DNA from: Rebecca billardiae RCC1528
Taxonomy: Eukaryota; Protista; Haptophyta
DNA length: 64,000 nucleotides
NCBI GenBank assembly: GCA_965240325.2
Contig: OZ251227.1
Location: forward strand, 3,348,001-3,412,000
Reading direction: 5' to 3'
Made by a program: the position numbers and the translations under genes. Position 1 is the stretch's first letter. The number at the start of each line of letters is the position of its first letter. The notes under the pieces were generated by a model. The model had not been told where the DNA came from, ran no database searches, and saw nothing but the letters and a program-made list of their open reading frames with translations. Positions 33,841 to 47,700 of the stretch are shown here, piece after piece.

Positions 33841-33957
33841 GGTGTGCGCAGCAGGACTTTGCACCGTGACACCGTACAAGTACTACTGAACCGTCGCGTC
33901 CGTTGGTCATGAAAAGCACCTCCCCGCCTGCGCAGTCCTTTGTGCACGCGCGCGGCG

Positions 33958-35139
33958 ATGGCGCTCGTCACCGTGAGCCACGCGCAGCTCGAGGCGTCGG
34001 ACGACGGCCTGTCGGCGGAGATCGAGGCGGCGTTCGGCGCGGAGGGCCTCGGTCTGCTCCTCGTCTCGGGCGTGCCCGGCCTCGCGCCGCTCCGCGAGCG
34101 GCTGCTCCCCCTCGCGCACCAGTTTGGCACGCTCGCGCCCGAGGTGCGCGCGCGCTACGAGTCTCCGTCGACTTTCTACTCGATCGGCTGGTCGCACGGG
34201 AAGGAGCGGCTGCAGGGCGGCGTGCCCGACTTTGCCAAAGGCTCGTACTACAACAACCCGCTCCACAACCGCCCCTTCGACGACGAGGCGATCGTCCGCG
34301 AGTGGCCGTCGTTTGCGGCGCCCAACGTGTGGCCGACCGAGCACGTGCCCGAGATGGAGGGCGCCTTCATGGAGCTCGGCCAGCTGATCGTGCGCGTCGG
34401 CCGGCTGGTCGCGCGGCAGTGCGACGCGCACGTCCACGCGCGCTGCCCCGCCTACCCGCGCACCTTCCTCGCCGACCTCCTCGGCTCGTCGCGCGTGTGC
34501 AAGGCGCGGCTGCTCCACTACTACGCCAAGGCCGAGCCGCGCGCCGAGCCGCCCGCCGGCGCGGGCGCGGACGGCGGCGCGGCGGACGCGGGCGCGGGCG
34601 CGTCGGACGCGGACATCGCGTCGTGGTGCGGCTGGCACAACGACCACGGCTCGCTCACCGGCCTCGTCGCGCCGCTCTACCTCGACGAGCGCACGGGCGC
34701 GCGCGCGCCCGCGGGCGCGGACGCGGGCGCAGGGCTTTTCATCCGCGGCCGGCGCGGGCAGCTGGTGCGCGCGGCGATCCCGCCGGACCACCTGGCGTTC
34801 CAGATCGGCGAGACGGCGCAGGTGCACTCGGGCGGCGTGCTGCAGGCCACGCCGCACGCCGTGCGTGGCCCCCGCGCGCCGGGCATCAGCCGCGAGCAGT
34901 TCGCCGTCTTCATGGAGCCGCACCCGGACTGCCCGATGCGCGCGCCCGACGGCGCCGAGCCCGCGGCCGTGCAGCCGGAGGGCGCGGCCGCGCGGCTGCC
35001 GGCGGGCGTGCCGCCGCTGCTCACGCGCTGGGGCACGGAGCGCTGCCCGTTCACCACGTGCGACTTTGGCGCGTTCAGCGACGCGACCTACCGCATGTAC
35101 TACGCCGGCGACGAGGCGAGCGCAAACGCCACCGCTTGA
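33958..35139 (+). CDS. 2-oxoglutarate/Fe(II)-dependent dioxygenase (IPNS-like)
   Basis: AFGAEGLGLLLVSGVP, GWSHGKE, DFAKGSYY, RLLHYY, WCGWHNDHGSLT (HxD), ATPHAV, ISREQFAVF. Confidence 0.88.
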   Translation: MALVTVSHAQLEASDDGLSAEIEAAFGAEGLGLLLVSGVPGLAPLRERLLPLAHQFGTLAPEVRARYESPSTFYSIGWSHGKERLQGGVPDFAKGSYYNNPLHNRPFDDEAIVREWPSFAAPNVWPTEHVPEMEGAFMELGQLIVRVGRLVARQCDAHVHARCPAYPRTFLADLLGSSRVCKARLLHYYAKAEPRAEPPAGAGADGGAADAGAGASDADIASWCGWHNDHGSLTGLVAPLYLDERTGARAPAGADAGAGLFIRGRRGQLVRAAIPPDHLAFQIGETAQVHSGGVLQATPHAVRGPRAPGISREQFAVFMEPHPDCPMRAPDGAEPAAVQPEGAAARLPAGVPPLLTRWGTERCPFTTCDFGAFSDATYRMYYAGDEASANATA

Positions 35140-36166
35140 GTCACCACGTCCGCGCGCGCCAGGCCGTCAACTGTCTTTCTAGGTCGCGCCGGCGTGATTC
35201 CGCGCCCACTTCTTGGGCTGGGCCATGCACGTACAGACCTCCCTGTGCCCTCATCATGAAGTCAAGTCTCACGTCCGACATTCTGGGCACAGCATGCGCC
35301 GCCTTGGCCGCAACGGAAGAGCTGAATGAAGAGCGGCACCGCTGACCGCAAGGCCGCGCTGTGCACAATAACCGATATTATTTTTATTTACATTCGTACT
35401 GTAATTTATTACTACACTAACTGTTCACACCGGACACATACGCGGGCAGAATGGCCACCAATAATATAACCATGCTGCTGCTGATGTGATTAATTCGGTG
35501 TCGACTGTCGGGTGTGCGTCACGGCCGTGACTCGACGCGGCAGCGGATGCGCCGGATGCTCAGTAGTCAACGGTCTTACTCTTAGTCTATGCCGCGCCGA
35601 CATGCAACATCGTCATCTGCTACTCAGTGTACATTAGCTAGACGCATCTGCTGTCGGGCTGCCAGTCTTGTCAGCTGGCTGCCGGTCGAGTAATGAGTGA
35701 ATGACGACGCAGCCGCACAGACGCGCACTCGGCACTCCCCGACCGCCCGGGCCGACCGCGACCGCTCTCCGGAGGACCTGACCGGAGGAGGGCGACGACG
35801 CCGACAGGTCAGGCCCGCTAGAAAAACAGTAGGTTTCCAGCCAAAGTTGCGCAGTAGCGGAGCTCCAACCCCTATTGATGATGGGCAGATCGTGTGAGTG
35901 GCGGTGGCGAGGCAGGCGGTCGGTCGCCCAGGCTGGAGGAGTGATGCCAGGACCTCGCCGGCCACTTCCGACTTCGCCAGTCGGATTCTGCTGGTGCATG
36001 TAATACTAGTGTCAACTGCCTACTTTGGGTAAAGTACAAATGTAAAGTAGTAGGTACCCCCATACGGCTGTCCTCTGTGAATCAGTTCCCGTTACCCCCG
36101 TACACCGCCCTTGCCGTACATACCGTACGCGCGCGTTCGCCGAGTGGCCGCTTCGAGGGCGCCATC

Positions 36167-38395
36167 ATGCCAGACTCCGACCGGCTTGGAGGCGGGTGCG
36201 CCGGCGACAAGGTTGACGCCGCAGACCACACAGCGTTCCGCTACCCCATGTACGTCGTTCCGCTCGACGCTGTGCTCGCCATGTCGCCGAGCGAGGGCGT
36301 GCTGCCGCACCAGACTCTGCTCGCGCGCGGCATTGCGCGCGAGTGGAACGGCCGAGAGCACTGCCTCTTCGTCTCGCACGTGTGGGCGGGCGCCGATCAC
36401 CCCGACCCGACATTCGAGCAGTATGGCGTCCTGCAGCGCGTGCTCGCCGCGCTGCGCGAGGGGCGCACGTCGACGAGCTGCAGCTACGGCATGGCCGCCG
36501 CGCGCGGCCAGCGCGTCACGCGCTCAGGCGCTGAGTGGCGCGCGCTCCTCGCGGACGCGGTCGTGTGGTACGACTACCAGAGCGTGGCGCAGCCGAGCGT
36601 CGCCGGCCCCGACGAGGTCGAGCGCGCCGCGCGGCAGCTCGACGACGCGATCTCCTCGCTGCACGCGTACGTGCGCCACTCGCACACGCTGCTCGTGCTC
36701 GCGCCGCCCGTGCGTCGGCACGGGCCGGGCGGCGGGTACACCGACTTTTCGAGCTGGCTCTCGCGCGGGTGGACGCGGTTCGAGGCGCTCTCGGCGTTCC
36801 TCTCGCACGCCAACCTGCCGGGCCACGACTTCGTCACGCCGCCCGTCCTCGTCGCGGGCCCAGACGCCTCCCGCCACGTCGAGTTCTGCGGCGCATACTC
36901 TGTCCGCAAGCCGGTCGGGCTGGGGCGCTTCAGTGTCGACTCCGACCGCGCGCGCCTGTACGACGCGGCGCGCGGGATGTTCGCCGCGCGGCTGCGCGAG
37001 CTGGAGGCCGTCGCGGATGGGGCGCGCGCGCCCGCGCCAGCCGGCGCGCGCAGCTCCGCAGCCTCGCGCGCCAGCGGGCTGCTTGCCGGCGCCAATCGCC
37101 GGCGCTCCAATTCGGCCGATCTCAATGCGCACGCGGCGCGCGGCGCCGCTGCGGGCGCCGGGCTGGCCAGCGGCGAGGCGGCGGTCGCGCTCGAGCAGTA
37201 CCGCTGGCTGCGCGCGATGCGCAACTACCTGCTCGACGGCCTCCCCCGGCCGCACTGCGGGGGCACCGACCACCTCCCGTTCTGCGGCGAGGCGGACTGG
37301 GCTGCGTTCAAGCGCGCGTACCGGCTGCGCGGGCCGACAGAGCAGGTCGAGGGCGGCTGGTGCCCGCTGCAGCTCGCGGCGGTCTCGAACAACGTGGCCG
37401 TCGCGCGCGAGCTGCTCGAGCAGGGCGCGGACGTGCGGTACAGGCGGCCGGCCTCCTCCCTCGACCGCTGGCTCGGCACCGCCGGCCAGCAGTCCGCGCT
37501 CGACTATGCCGTGCGCACGTGCGGCGGCGAAGGGCTCGAGGCAGCCCCAATGCTCTCGCTACTGATCGAGCACGGCGCCGACCCGCTGGAGGTGCCGGCG
37601 CCGAGCGCGGAGTCCGGCGGCGGCACTCGGTGGCCGTCGAGCTGCTTGCACAAGGCCATCACGTACGGCAACGTGCACTCCGCCGCCTTCCTGCTCGAGC
37701 GCTACCCGCAGCTCGCCAGCCCCGAGTTCGACACGGCGCGGGGCGTCGGCTTCTCACACTCAATGTCGGCGGTTGTGAATCTGCATGCGCACATGGTGGG
37801 CTTTCTGCACGCGCGCGGGCTCGAGGGCACGATGGTGGTCGCGTACCAGAGCTCGACCGAGCTGCACGCCGCCGCGTTCCACGGCGACGCCGAGTCGCTG
37901 CGCCTCATCCTCGGCCGGGCGCACGCGCGAGACTACCTGCGCTACATCCCCGTGAGGCACATGGGGCGGCGCCAGGCGCGCGAGTTTGCACGCTCGGCGC
38001 TCGAGTACGCGCGCACCGTGCTGCTCGAGCGGCGCCCGCCGGACTCGCTGACGCGCTACCGCTTCGACCTGCTCTCGGGCACCCCGCTGCACGCGGCCGT
38101 CGCGAACAACCAGCTGGCGTGCGCCGAGGTGCTCCTGCGCCACGGAGCAGACCCGGCCGCGCGCTCCTTCTGGGGCGAGACGCCGGCACGCCTCGCGAGG
38201 CGGCTGGGGCACGAGGCGCTCTCGCGCGTGCTGCTGCAGGCGCAGGCAGCAACGCGGCGTGGCGCGAGCGGCGCCGCCGTGCGTCCACTTCCGGCGGCAG
38301 ATGACGACGTTGCGACCCTCGGCACCACTGCTGGCGGCAGTCACGCTGGCTGGAGTCCCAAGCCGGACGAGGCAGCTACGAGTACGTCGCGGTAG
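36167..38395 (+). CDS. HET (heterokaryon-incompatibility-like) domain plus ankyrin-repeat protein
   Basis: FVSHVWAGADHPDP, VWYDYQSVAQ, WLSRGWTRFE; ankyrin repeats such as CPLQLAAVSNN, TPLHAAVANNQLACAEVLLRHGADP, GETPARLA. Confidence 0.8.
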   Translation: MPDSDRLGGGCAGDKVDAADHTAFRYPMYVVPLDAVLAMSPSEGVLPHQTLLARGIAREWNGREHCLFVSHVWAGADHPDPTFEQYGVLQRVLAALREGRTSTSCSYGMAAARGQRVTRSGAEWRALLADAVVWYDYQSVAQPSVAGPDEVERAARQLDDAISSLHAYVRHSHTLLVLAPPVRRHGPGGGYTDFSSWLSRGWTRFEALSAFLSHANLPGHDFVTPPVLVAGPDASRHVEFCGAYSVRKPVGLGRFSVDSDRARLYDAARGMFAARLRELEAVADGARAPAPAGARSSAASRASGLLAGANRRRSNSADLNAHAARGAAAGAGLASGEAAVALEQYRWLRAMRNYLLDGLPRPHCGGTDHLPFCGEADWAAFKRAYRLRGPTEQVEGGWCPLQLAAVSNNVAVARELLEQGADVRYRRPASSLDRWLGTAGQQSALDYAVRTCGGEGLEAAPMLSLLIEHGADPLEVPAPSAESGGGTRWPSSCLHKAITYGNVHSAAFLLERYPQLASPEFDTARGVGFSHSMSAVVNLHAHMVGFLHARGLEGTMVVAYQSSTELHAAAFHGDAESLRLILGRAHARDYLRYIPVRHMGRRQAREFARSALEYARTVLLERRPPDSLTRYRFDLLSGTPLHAAVANNQLACAEVLLRHGADPAARSFWGETPARLARRLGHEALSRVLLQAQAATRRGASGAAVRPLPAADDDVATLGTTAGGSHAGWSPKPDEAATSTSR

Positions 38396-38592
38396 TACAT
38401 ATATGGGTACAGGCTTCGTCGTTCTAGTATATCAATCATAATGTCATCGTCAGCACGGCGGTAGTGCTGAGCAGAGAGAGAGAGAGAGAGAGACTCACTG
38501 AGAGTGAGAGAGCCGTCAGCCAGAGCGCGCTGAGTAGTAGTACTCGGCGCGTCGTCACTATACGCGCATCATGCCATCAATATATATATATA

Positions 38593-40031
38593 TGTCTAGC
38601 CGTCCTCGAAGCGCCTGCGCCATCCAGATGCAGTGAGGAGGCGAGGCACACGCCGGGCAGGGCGGAGCCACGCTGCGAGAGACCAGACTTTATACATATT
38701 GTATGGGATAGCTTGGACGACGCAGCTCGAGAGCCGCCAAGCCGCACGACAGCGAGGCACGAAGGACATCGTGCATAGGGCGCCTCGAAGCTGCGGGCCG
38801 CCGGAAACGGCTGCGAAGGGCGCTCGCTGCGAGTGAGCAGGAGGCATGCAGCAGCGACGGTAACGGTTGGCTCGGCGCCTGATGGAAAACCCAGTTCACG
38901 AATTGGCCGCCCTGACCGCCATGCCAACCTTGCCTAGTGAGCTTGACCCGTTGCACGCGTGAGCGCCGAAAAAACGACACTTTGGCAGTGATAGTCATCA
39001 GCACCGTCGCCGCATCGTGGGCATGCCGCTGCCGCCGCCGGCGGCGGCAGCGGGAGCGTGGCAGCAGATCTACCACCTTCCGCGTTACGCGCTGCGTCGT
39101 GCGCGCCAGGTGGCAGGTTTCCCAGGTCCGCCGCGCGGAAGGCAGCGTGAGCGGTCGGCGAGCGCACGGAGATGAGAAGTAAGCGCGCATCGTGAGAGCT
39201 TCAGCAGCTTGCCCACGCGCTTCACGAAGGCGGTGTGGTTGCGTGCGCACGCCTTCTGTACCCGTACCCGCGATCAAAGCGTGAGCCACTCCCTAGGTCT
39301 TGCCTGCGCATCGCGGGCCGCGCCTCGTCTCCTGAATCCTCGTTCACGAGGACAGCACGTGTATCCGTGTACGCGCTCGCGGCCGATGGCGGCTCCCCGC
39401 GTCGAGAGCCGTTTGGCTGGAGCCGCATCCAAGGGCATGTATCCTCACGGCCCCACCCGATGCTGACGCTGAGGTGGCGTGCTTGCCGAAGGTAGCCGCA
39501 TTGGCTGATCTCTCTGCCTTTGGGCAACCCTTTGCAACCGCGCCGGCTCACGCTGCCAGCGCGCGCGCGGCGTGGCTTCGTGGTGGACACCTGCCCTGGG
39601 TTTTGTCGTTCGTTCTCAGCGACGGTTGGGTCGATTGACATGCGGATTGGATTGGTGCATTGCGAATCGGCTTCGCAATGCACCATTGCGCTCGGATCGG
39701 CGCGGACGTCAGCCATGCGGCAGCGCGAGCGACAAAACCGCGAGATTTCATACGCTTGTCGTTTTTTCATACGCTCACGGTTACTCACCCGTGCAACGGG
39801 TCGCTTATGGCCCAGGAGCAGCGCAGAGAGTAGGTCGTTCTAGGCCGTCGTGCGTGCACACAGAGCACGGGCTCGAAAGTCCCTCGTGGCACGAGAAGAG
39901 GGTGGCCAAGATGGCAGCCGGACTTGAGCTCGGCCGCCTGGCTCAGGCTGAATGGCAGGCAGGTGTTGATACGGCGCATTGCGCTCCCACCGTCCTCTTA
40001 GACAATCAGTTATTGTGCCAATAACCCCACA
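38593..40031 (+). mobile_element. Family A element, copy A2 (1439 bp, non-autonomous)
   Basis: (TA)n|TGTCTAGCCGTCCTCG ... CCGTCCTCTTAGACAATCAGTTATTGTGCCAATAACCCCACA|(TA)4. Confidence 0.85.
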
Positions 40032-40039
40032 TATATATA

Positions 40040-42794
<2,755 letters not shown>

Positions 42795-43067
42795 CGACTG
42801 ATGAAATAACATTAATTATTGGTAACTGCTGCAGTCTGCTGCTGTCGGCTATCGTGCGTCCGGTCTGCAATGACAACCAGGTTCGCGCGCTCTGTGCGAC
42901 TCAGCACTGCTCGAGTCAATCAATCTCCTCAGCAGCACATGCAACGACGACGATCGACATGCAGTCGTGTCAGCAGCTACAACGCGGACTCAACGGTGCC
43001 GGTGCCCGGTCCGGCGTGGACCCGTTCGCCCCTGGCCAGCACACTCACTCGATCACACTACGCCCGA

Positions 43068-44003
43068 TCATGGCAGAAGCCCGAGCGCGCGCGCGAGCTC
43101 GCAGAACTGTGCGGGCTCGAGCTGCTCGGCGCGCAGCGCGCCAAACTCGGCGGGCACCTCGGCCGCCGAGCCGTCCGCGCGCGTCGGCAGCCCGGCGAGC
43201 AGCGGGCGCAGGCTCTGCCGGAGCATCTTGCGCCGCGTGGAGAAGGCGGCGCGCGCGAGCGTGTGCACTGCCTTGAGCGACTCGCGCTCGGACGGCGGCG
43301 CGTACGTGACGCGGATGCAGGTGGAGGTGACCTTGGGCGCGGGGGAGAAGGCGTGGGGCGGCACGTCGAAGAGCACCTCCACGTCGGCGAACAGGTGGTA
43401 CACCACGCCGAGCGCGGAGTACTGCTTGCGGCCGTGCGGCGACGTGAGTCGCTCCACCGCCTCTCGCTGCAGCGTGAGCACCGCGCGCTCGATGTGGTCG
43501 GCGCCGAGCATGAGGCTGAGGAGCAGCTCGGCGGTGCAGTAGTACGGCGGGTTGGAGAGCACCGACACGCGGCCCGTCCCGCCCACGCACGCCGCCGCCG
43601 CCTCCGCCCACCGCACGTCAAGCATATTGCCCTGCTGCACGCGCAGCGAAGGCAGCTGCTCAGCGAGCGTCGCGATCGCGCGGCGGTCGATCTCGACGGC
43701 GGACATGCGCGGCCAGCGCTCGAGCGCGTGGCGCGTGAGCGCGCCCTGCCCCGGCCCGAGCTCTAGCACGCCGCTCCCCTCCTCGCTCGAGTCCTCGAGC
43801 GAGCCGACGATGCGCCGCGCGACGGCCTGGTCGACCAAAAAGTTCTGTCCGAGGCTCTGCTTGGCGGACCAGTCCGGCCGGCCGGCGGCGAGTGAGGCGG
43901 TGCGCGGCGGCGTGGGCAGTGCGCGCACGTGCCGGCCCGCGAGGACGAGCAGCAGCGGCGGCACGGACCGATGGAGCGTCGCTCGCATGCCAGCCGCTCG
44001 CAT
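43068..44003 (-). CDS. rsmA: SSU rRNA adenine dimethyltransferase (KsgA/RsmA), organellar
   Basis: [71 protein letters not shown]; start may be 43988. Confidence 0.93.
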   Translation of the reverse strand: MRAAGMRATLHRSVPPLLLVLAGRHVRALPTPPRTASLAAGRPDWSAKQSLGQNFLVDQAVARRIVGSLEDSSEEGSGVLELGPGQGALTRHALERWPRMSAVEIDRRAIATLAEQLPSLRVQQGNMLDVRWAEAAAACVGGTGRVSVLSNPPYYCTAELLLSLMLGADHIERAVLTLQREAVERLTSPHGRKQYSALGVVYHLFADVEVLFDVPPHAFSPAPKVTSTCIRVTYAPPSERESLKAVHTLARAAFSTRRKMLRQSLRPLLAGLPTRADGSAAEVPAEFGALRAEQLEPAQFCELARALGLLP

Positions 44004-44255
44004 GCCAGCGATGTCACGTGTGGTCGTCGCGTTATTCGGCGGCAGCCATCGTCCGCGGTTCCTCATCTAAGATTCTATTATTAAATAAGTTGTTCGCGCG
44101 AATGCCGAATGGCGAATCAGCATGGGGGCTAGCAGTTGCAGTGAAAGCCAGAGATAAGGGCGCGCAGCGTTGACTGCTGAGTCAGTCACTGAGTGCCACC
44201 GGCAGACTCTAGCGACGAACGTCGACGATCCCTTCGGCGGGGAGCTGCACGCTCC

Positions 44256-45386
44256 TCACGCGTCTGACGATGGCGCCCCGGGCATCGCCATCCGGCCGAG
44301 CACGGCGCGCCACTCGCGCAGCAGCGCGTCGCGCGTGAGCCGCTCGCGCGCAAACGCCTGCCCGCGCTGGCCGATGGCGCGCGCCTCGTCCGTGTGCTCG
44401 CGCGCCCAGCGCACTCGCTCGGGCAGGTCGTGCAGGTCGGCGGCGACCGGGATGTAGTGCTGCCACGCGCGCAGGTGCCGGTGGTACCACTCCGTCCACG
44501 GCCGGTGCGCGAGGAGCAGCGGCCGGCCGGCGTGCAGCAGGAACTTGACGCGCGACGAGTACCCTTTGCCCTGCACATCGAGCGAAAACGAAAAAGTGCG
44601 CACCTGCTCCTCCATGGAGATGAAGCCGGCGCTACCACCCCCGGCGGCGGCGTCGGCTGCTGGCGCGGCCGGGCGGTCGTCGGCGGTACCGGCCGGCGCG
44701 GCGGCGCGCGCGCCGAGCTGCGCCTGCGTCCAGTACACGTTGTTGCACACGACGAGGTCGGGGTGCTCGGTGGCGAGCTGCTGCAGCCGCATGCGCACCG
44801 GGTGATGGTGGATGGTGCCGAACCAGCACGCGCGCGCGTCCGGCGCGGGCGCGGCGGCGGCGGCGGCGAGGCCGGCGCACGTGGTGTCGTAGTCGGAGGC
44901 GAGGTTCGCCTCCGCCCACACGTCGCACGCCCAGTCGGGCACGGCCACGTCGTGGTACCCGGGCGCCTCGCACATGGAGAGCACGCGCTCGAGCGCGATC
45001 GCGCCGCGCTGCGCGGCCGTGAGCGGCTGCTGCTGCCACAGGTGGAGCTCGAGGGCGTCGAACGAGCCGTCGGGGTGCCGGCCGACGCGCTTGACGACGC
45101 ACCGGTCCCCCGTCTGCACGACGACCGGCGCGAAGTCCGGGACGGCGACGAGCCCGTCCGCGCTCAGATCGTGCGCCGCGCGGATGATGCGCTGCATCGA
45201 CGCGTTGCGGTCGGCCCAGCCGCCGAGGTCCTCGAAGCGCAGCTCGCCGCGCTCCTTCGAGACGAAGAGCATCTCCGCGTTCTGCTCGCCGCGCCCCGCG
45301 GCGCGCACCTTCGCCTGCCAGCATCGCGACCACGCGCCGATCGTGGCGGCGGCCTTCTTGTTCCGATCGTCGTCGTCAGCCGCCAT
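44256..45386 (-). CDS. Glycosyltransferase family 90 (CAP10/POGLUT-like)
   Basis: VAVPDW, WFG, LDVQGKGYSSRVKFLLHAG, EWYHRHLRAWQHYIPV, DLPERVRWA..ARAIGQRGQAFA. Confidence 0.85.
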   Translation of the reverse strand: MAADDDDRNKKAAATIGAWSRCWQAKVRAAGRGEQNAEMLFVSKERGELRFEDLGGWADRNASMQRIIRAAHDLSADGLVAVPDFAPVVVQTGDRCVVKRVGRHPDGSFDALELHLWQQQPLTAAQRGAIALERVLSMCEAPGYHDVAVPDWACDVWAEANLASDYDTTCAGLAAAAAAPAPDARACWFGTIHHHPVRMRLQQLATEHPDLVVCNNVYWTQAQLGARAAAPAGTADDRPAAPAADAAAGGGSAGFISMEEQVRTFSFSLDVQGKGYSSRVKFLLHAGRPLLLAHRPWTEWYHRHLRAWQHYIPVAADLHDLPERVRWAREHTDEARAIGQRGQAFARERLTRDALLREWRAVLGRMAMPGAPSSDA

Positions 45387-45799
45387 TTGCGATGTCGCCC
45401 GTTCAGGTAGGTTCACTTCACAATAACTAACACTACATTGTGCTATCCGTACGCCCCCTGTGGTTCCATGTGGTTCCAGGCACTTTGCGGCCTCGCCGCG
45501 GACGCTGCGGAGGGCCGGAGGCGAGATGCGCGGCGGTGCACATCGTGCCCCCGAGCGGACCGCCTAGCCCCAGCCGGGCGTCGCTCGACTCGTCCATCGC
45601 GGCGAGTGAGAGCCGTCGCGCGAGGGGCGGGTCGAGGGTGGGGCGCCTGGTACATTGACGCCATCGTTTTGGACCGATTCTTTTTTTTCCCGGGCGGTGC
45701 TCCCGGTGAAAAAGCAAGCAGGGGAGAATTCCGTCGGAGCAGTTTTATTTTGGGGCTTTTTACGCGTTTTGGCCGTATATTGTTTGCGTGCTGCTGCTG

Positions 45800-47700
45800 C
45801 TCACTGTCATGAATGCGTCGGCGATCAGACCGTCACTCACCGCAGCGTGTAACAGTGGCGGTGGCGGAGCAGCGGACGATGCCGCATTGACGGGCGGCTG
45901 CCACGCGCACGAAGCGGCCGGTGACTACTTCTGATGCAGCGCACTGACACGCATTGCACTGATATTGATGCGACCGGTCGTCGATCACCCGGGCGGACGA
46001 CCGTCTTGCCGTCCTGCTTCTCCTGATGAGACAGCAGTCGCGCGCAGCCGCGATCGCGCCGCGGGAGACAGGTGGCGTTGTCAAAACAACGCCTCGCCTC
46101 GCCGGTGGTCGCACGCCGCGCGCGCGCGCGCGCCGCACCTCGACCACCTTCTGCGTCGCCCGCCAGTTCGTCGCCGCCACCACCGTCGACAGAATGGGCA
46201 ACGTGAGTATGAAGCGGAGCAGCGCAACGCCGAGAGCGCCGACTCCGTCCAGCGCCACGCCCACGAGCTTGCCCCGGCGCGTGACGAAGCCGTGTCCGGC
46301 TAGGTGCGCGCACAGCTCGCGGCTCGGCCATGGGGCCGCCTCGCTCGCGTGCCAGCCCCCGTCCTCGCGCTGTCACGCCCCCTTCTTCTTCACCGCTGCA
46401 ATCTTGTCCTGCCGCCTCAGATCGTGCGCGCGGAGAGCCGCTGGCTGCACGGGCTCGCCACTCGCAGCGCCGACGCGCTGCAGCTCGTCCTGCATCTCAC
46501 CCATGTCGAGCTCGACCCAGGCACCTGTCACTGGCTCGTGCCCGCGCTGCGCCGAGGTTGCCAGGCTCCGCCGCGCCCAGAGCATCACGCCGGTGGGCGC
46601 TCGCTGCGCTGCCACCTGCTGCCCTGCCGCAGCGGCGGCGGCCGCCGCCGTCGGCTGCGCGCTCGGCTCGGCTCGTCAAGCCAGCGCGCACCGACCTTGC
46701 CCTTGTGCAGGGCAGCAGCGACTGCGGGCCCGTGCATGACAAGTGCCGTTGCGTCGGCCCAATCCGACACATCACCGCCTGCCTCGCAGCGGCTCTGAGT
46801 CTCGAACGTGACCATGGATCTCGGGCTCATCACTGGCTTGCCCTTGGACTCCTGCCAGTCCTCCTCCTTGAAGCGACGGGCCATCGCCGCGGGGTCAGCG
46901 CACATCTGCACCCTCGCTGGCAGCAGCCGCTCTGCGGCGGCCAGCTCGAGCGCGAGAAGGCGGAAGTCGTACGAGTCGCCGCCGTGCGCACACAGAATGC
47001 CATCAAACCCGGTGTCCGTGATGATCTCCTTCATCCAATCCAGCAGACCGTCCACCTCCGATGCGAAGTCCGGCTTGGTCGCCACGGCCTCGGCCGTGAG
47101 CGCATGCCACTCCGGGTCAGGTGCGATGGACACTCCCGCCGTGTTGAACTTGCCCGCCCACGCACCCACCTTGATCGGCTCCAGCTCGGCCTCAGCATCT
47201 TCATCTGGCCCCGGAAGAAGTGTGTTGATGCTGGCGACGATATGGAGCTCGACCAGCCGATGCCTGGCTGCACCGGCGCTCCCGCACGCGCCGTGGTGCC
47301 GATCGCGCGGAGAGAGAAGTACACACACTCCTGCTTCGCGTCCGGCTTCACCGTCCCGCCCTCGCGCGACACAGGGACGCGCGCCGGCTCGGCCGCGAGT
47401 GCTGCTCGGCCGCGAGTGCTGCAGCCGGCAGAGTCAGGCCACCATCGGCGTCCTCCTCTGCGTCCTCGGCAACGACCATAGGCTCGGCAGCGTCGACGAA
47501 CATGTGCTCGCCACTATCTGGCGCATCGCCCTGAGCGCGCGCCATGTTCGCCTCCTCGACGCCGCATGTTCGTCATGCGAGCCGCAAGGCGGAGCGACGG
47601 GATCATCATGATGCTCGTCCGCATCCATGTAGCCGGACACGTACGTGTTCTCCGCCTCGGGCTCCCCGGAACGATCGAGCACGTCGGACTCGTCGTCGTC
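45800..47700 (-). pseudogene. Decayed piggyBac-like transposase with N-terminal DEDDh 3'-5' exonuclease domain
   Basis: Exonuclease-like HALTAEAVATKPDF and ILCAHGGDSYDFRLL; LRFILTLPILSTVVAATNWRA resembles the start of the piggyBac core; RQCGIVRC..TVTRCGE resembles the Cys-rich tail; frameshifts, stops and missing catalytic core; boundaries approximate. Confidence 0.55.

Noticed and set aside
35363-35372. GCACAATAAC (and CACAATAACT at 45419) as further family A ends
   Set aside because: Only 10-nt matches, lacking the other hairpin arm and flanking homology.
45427-45440. CACTA or piggyBac terminus at CTAA|CACTACA
   Set aside because: No matching inverted terminus found near 47700-47950, so element ends are left undefined.
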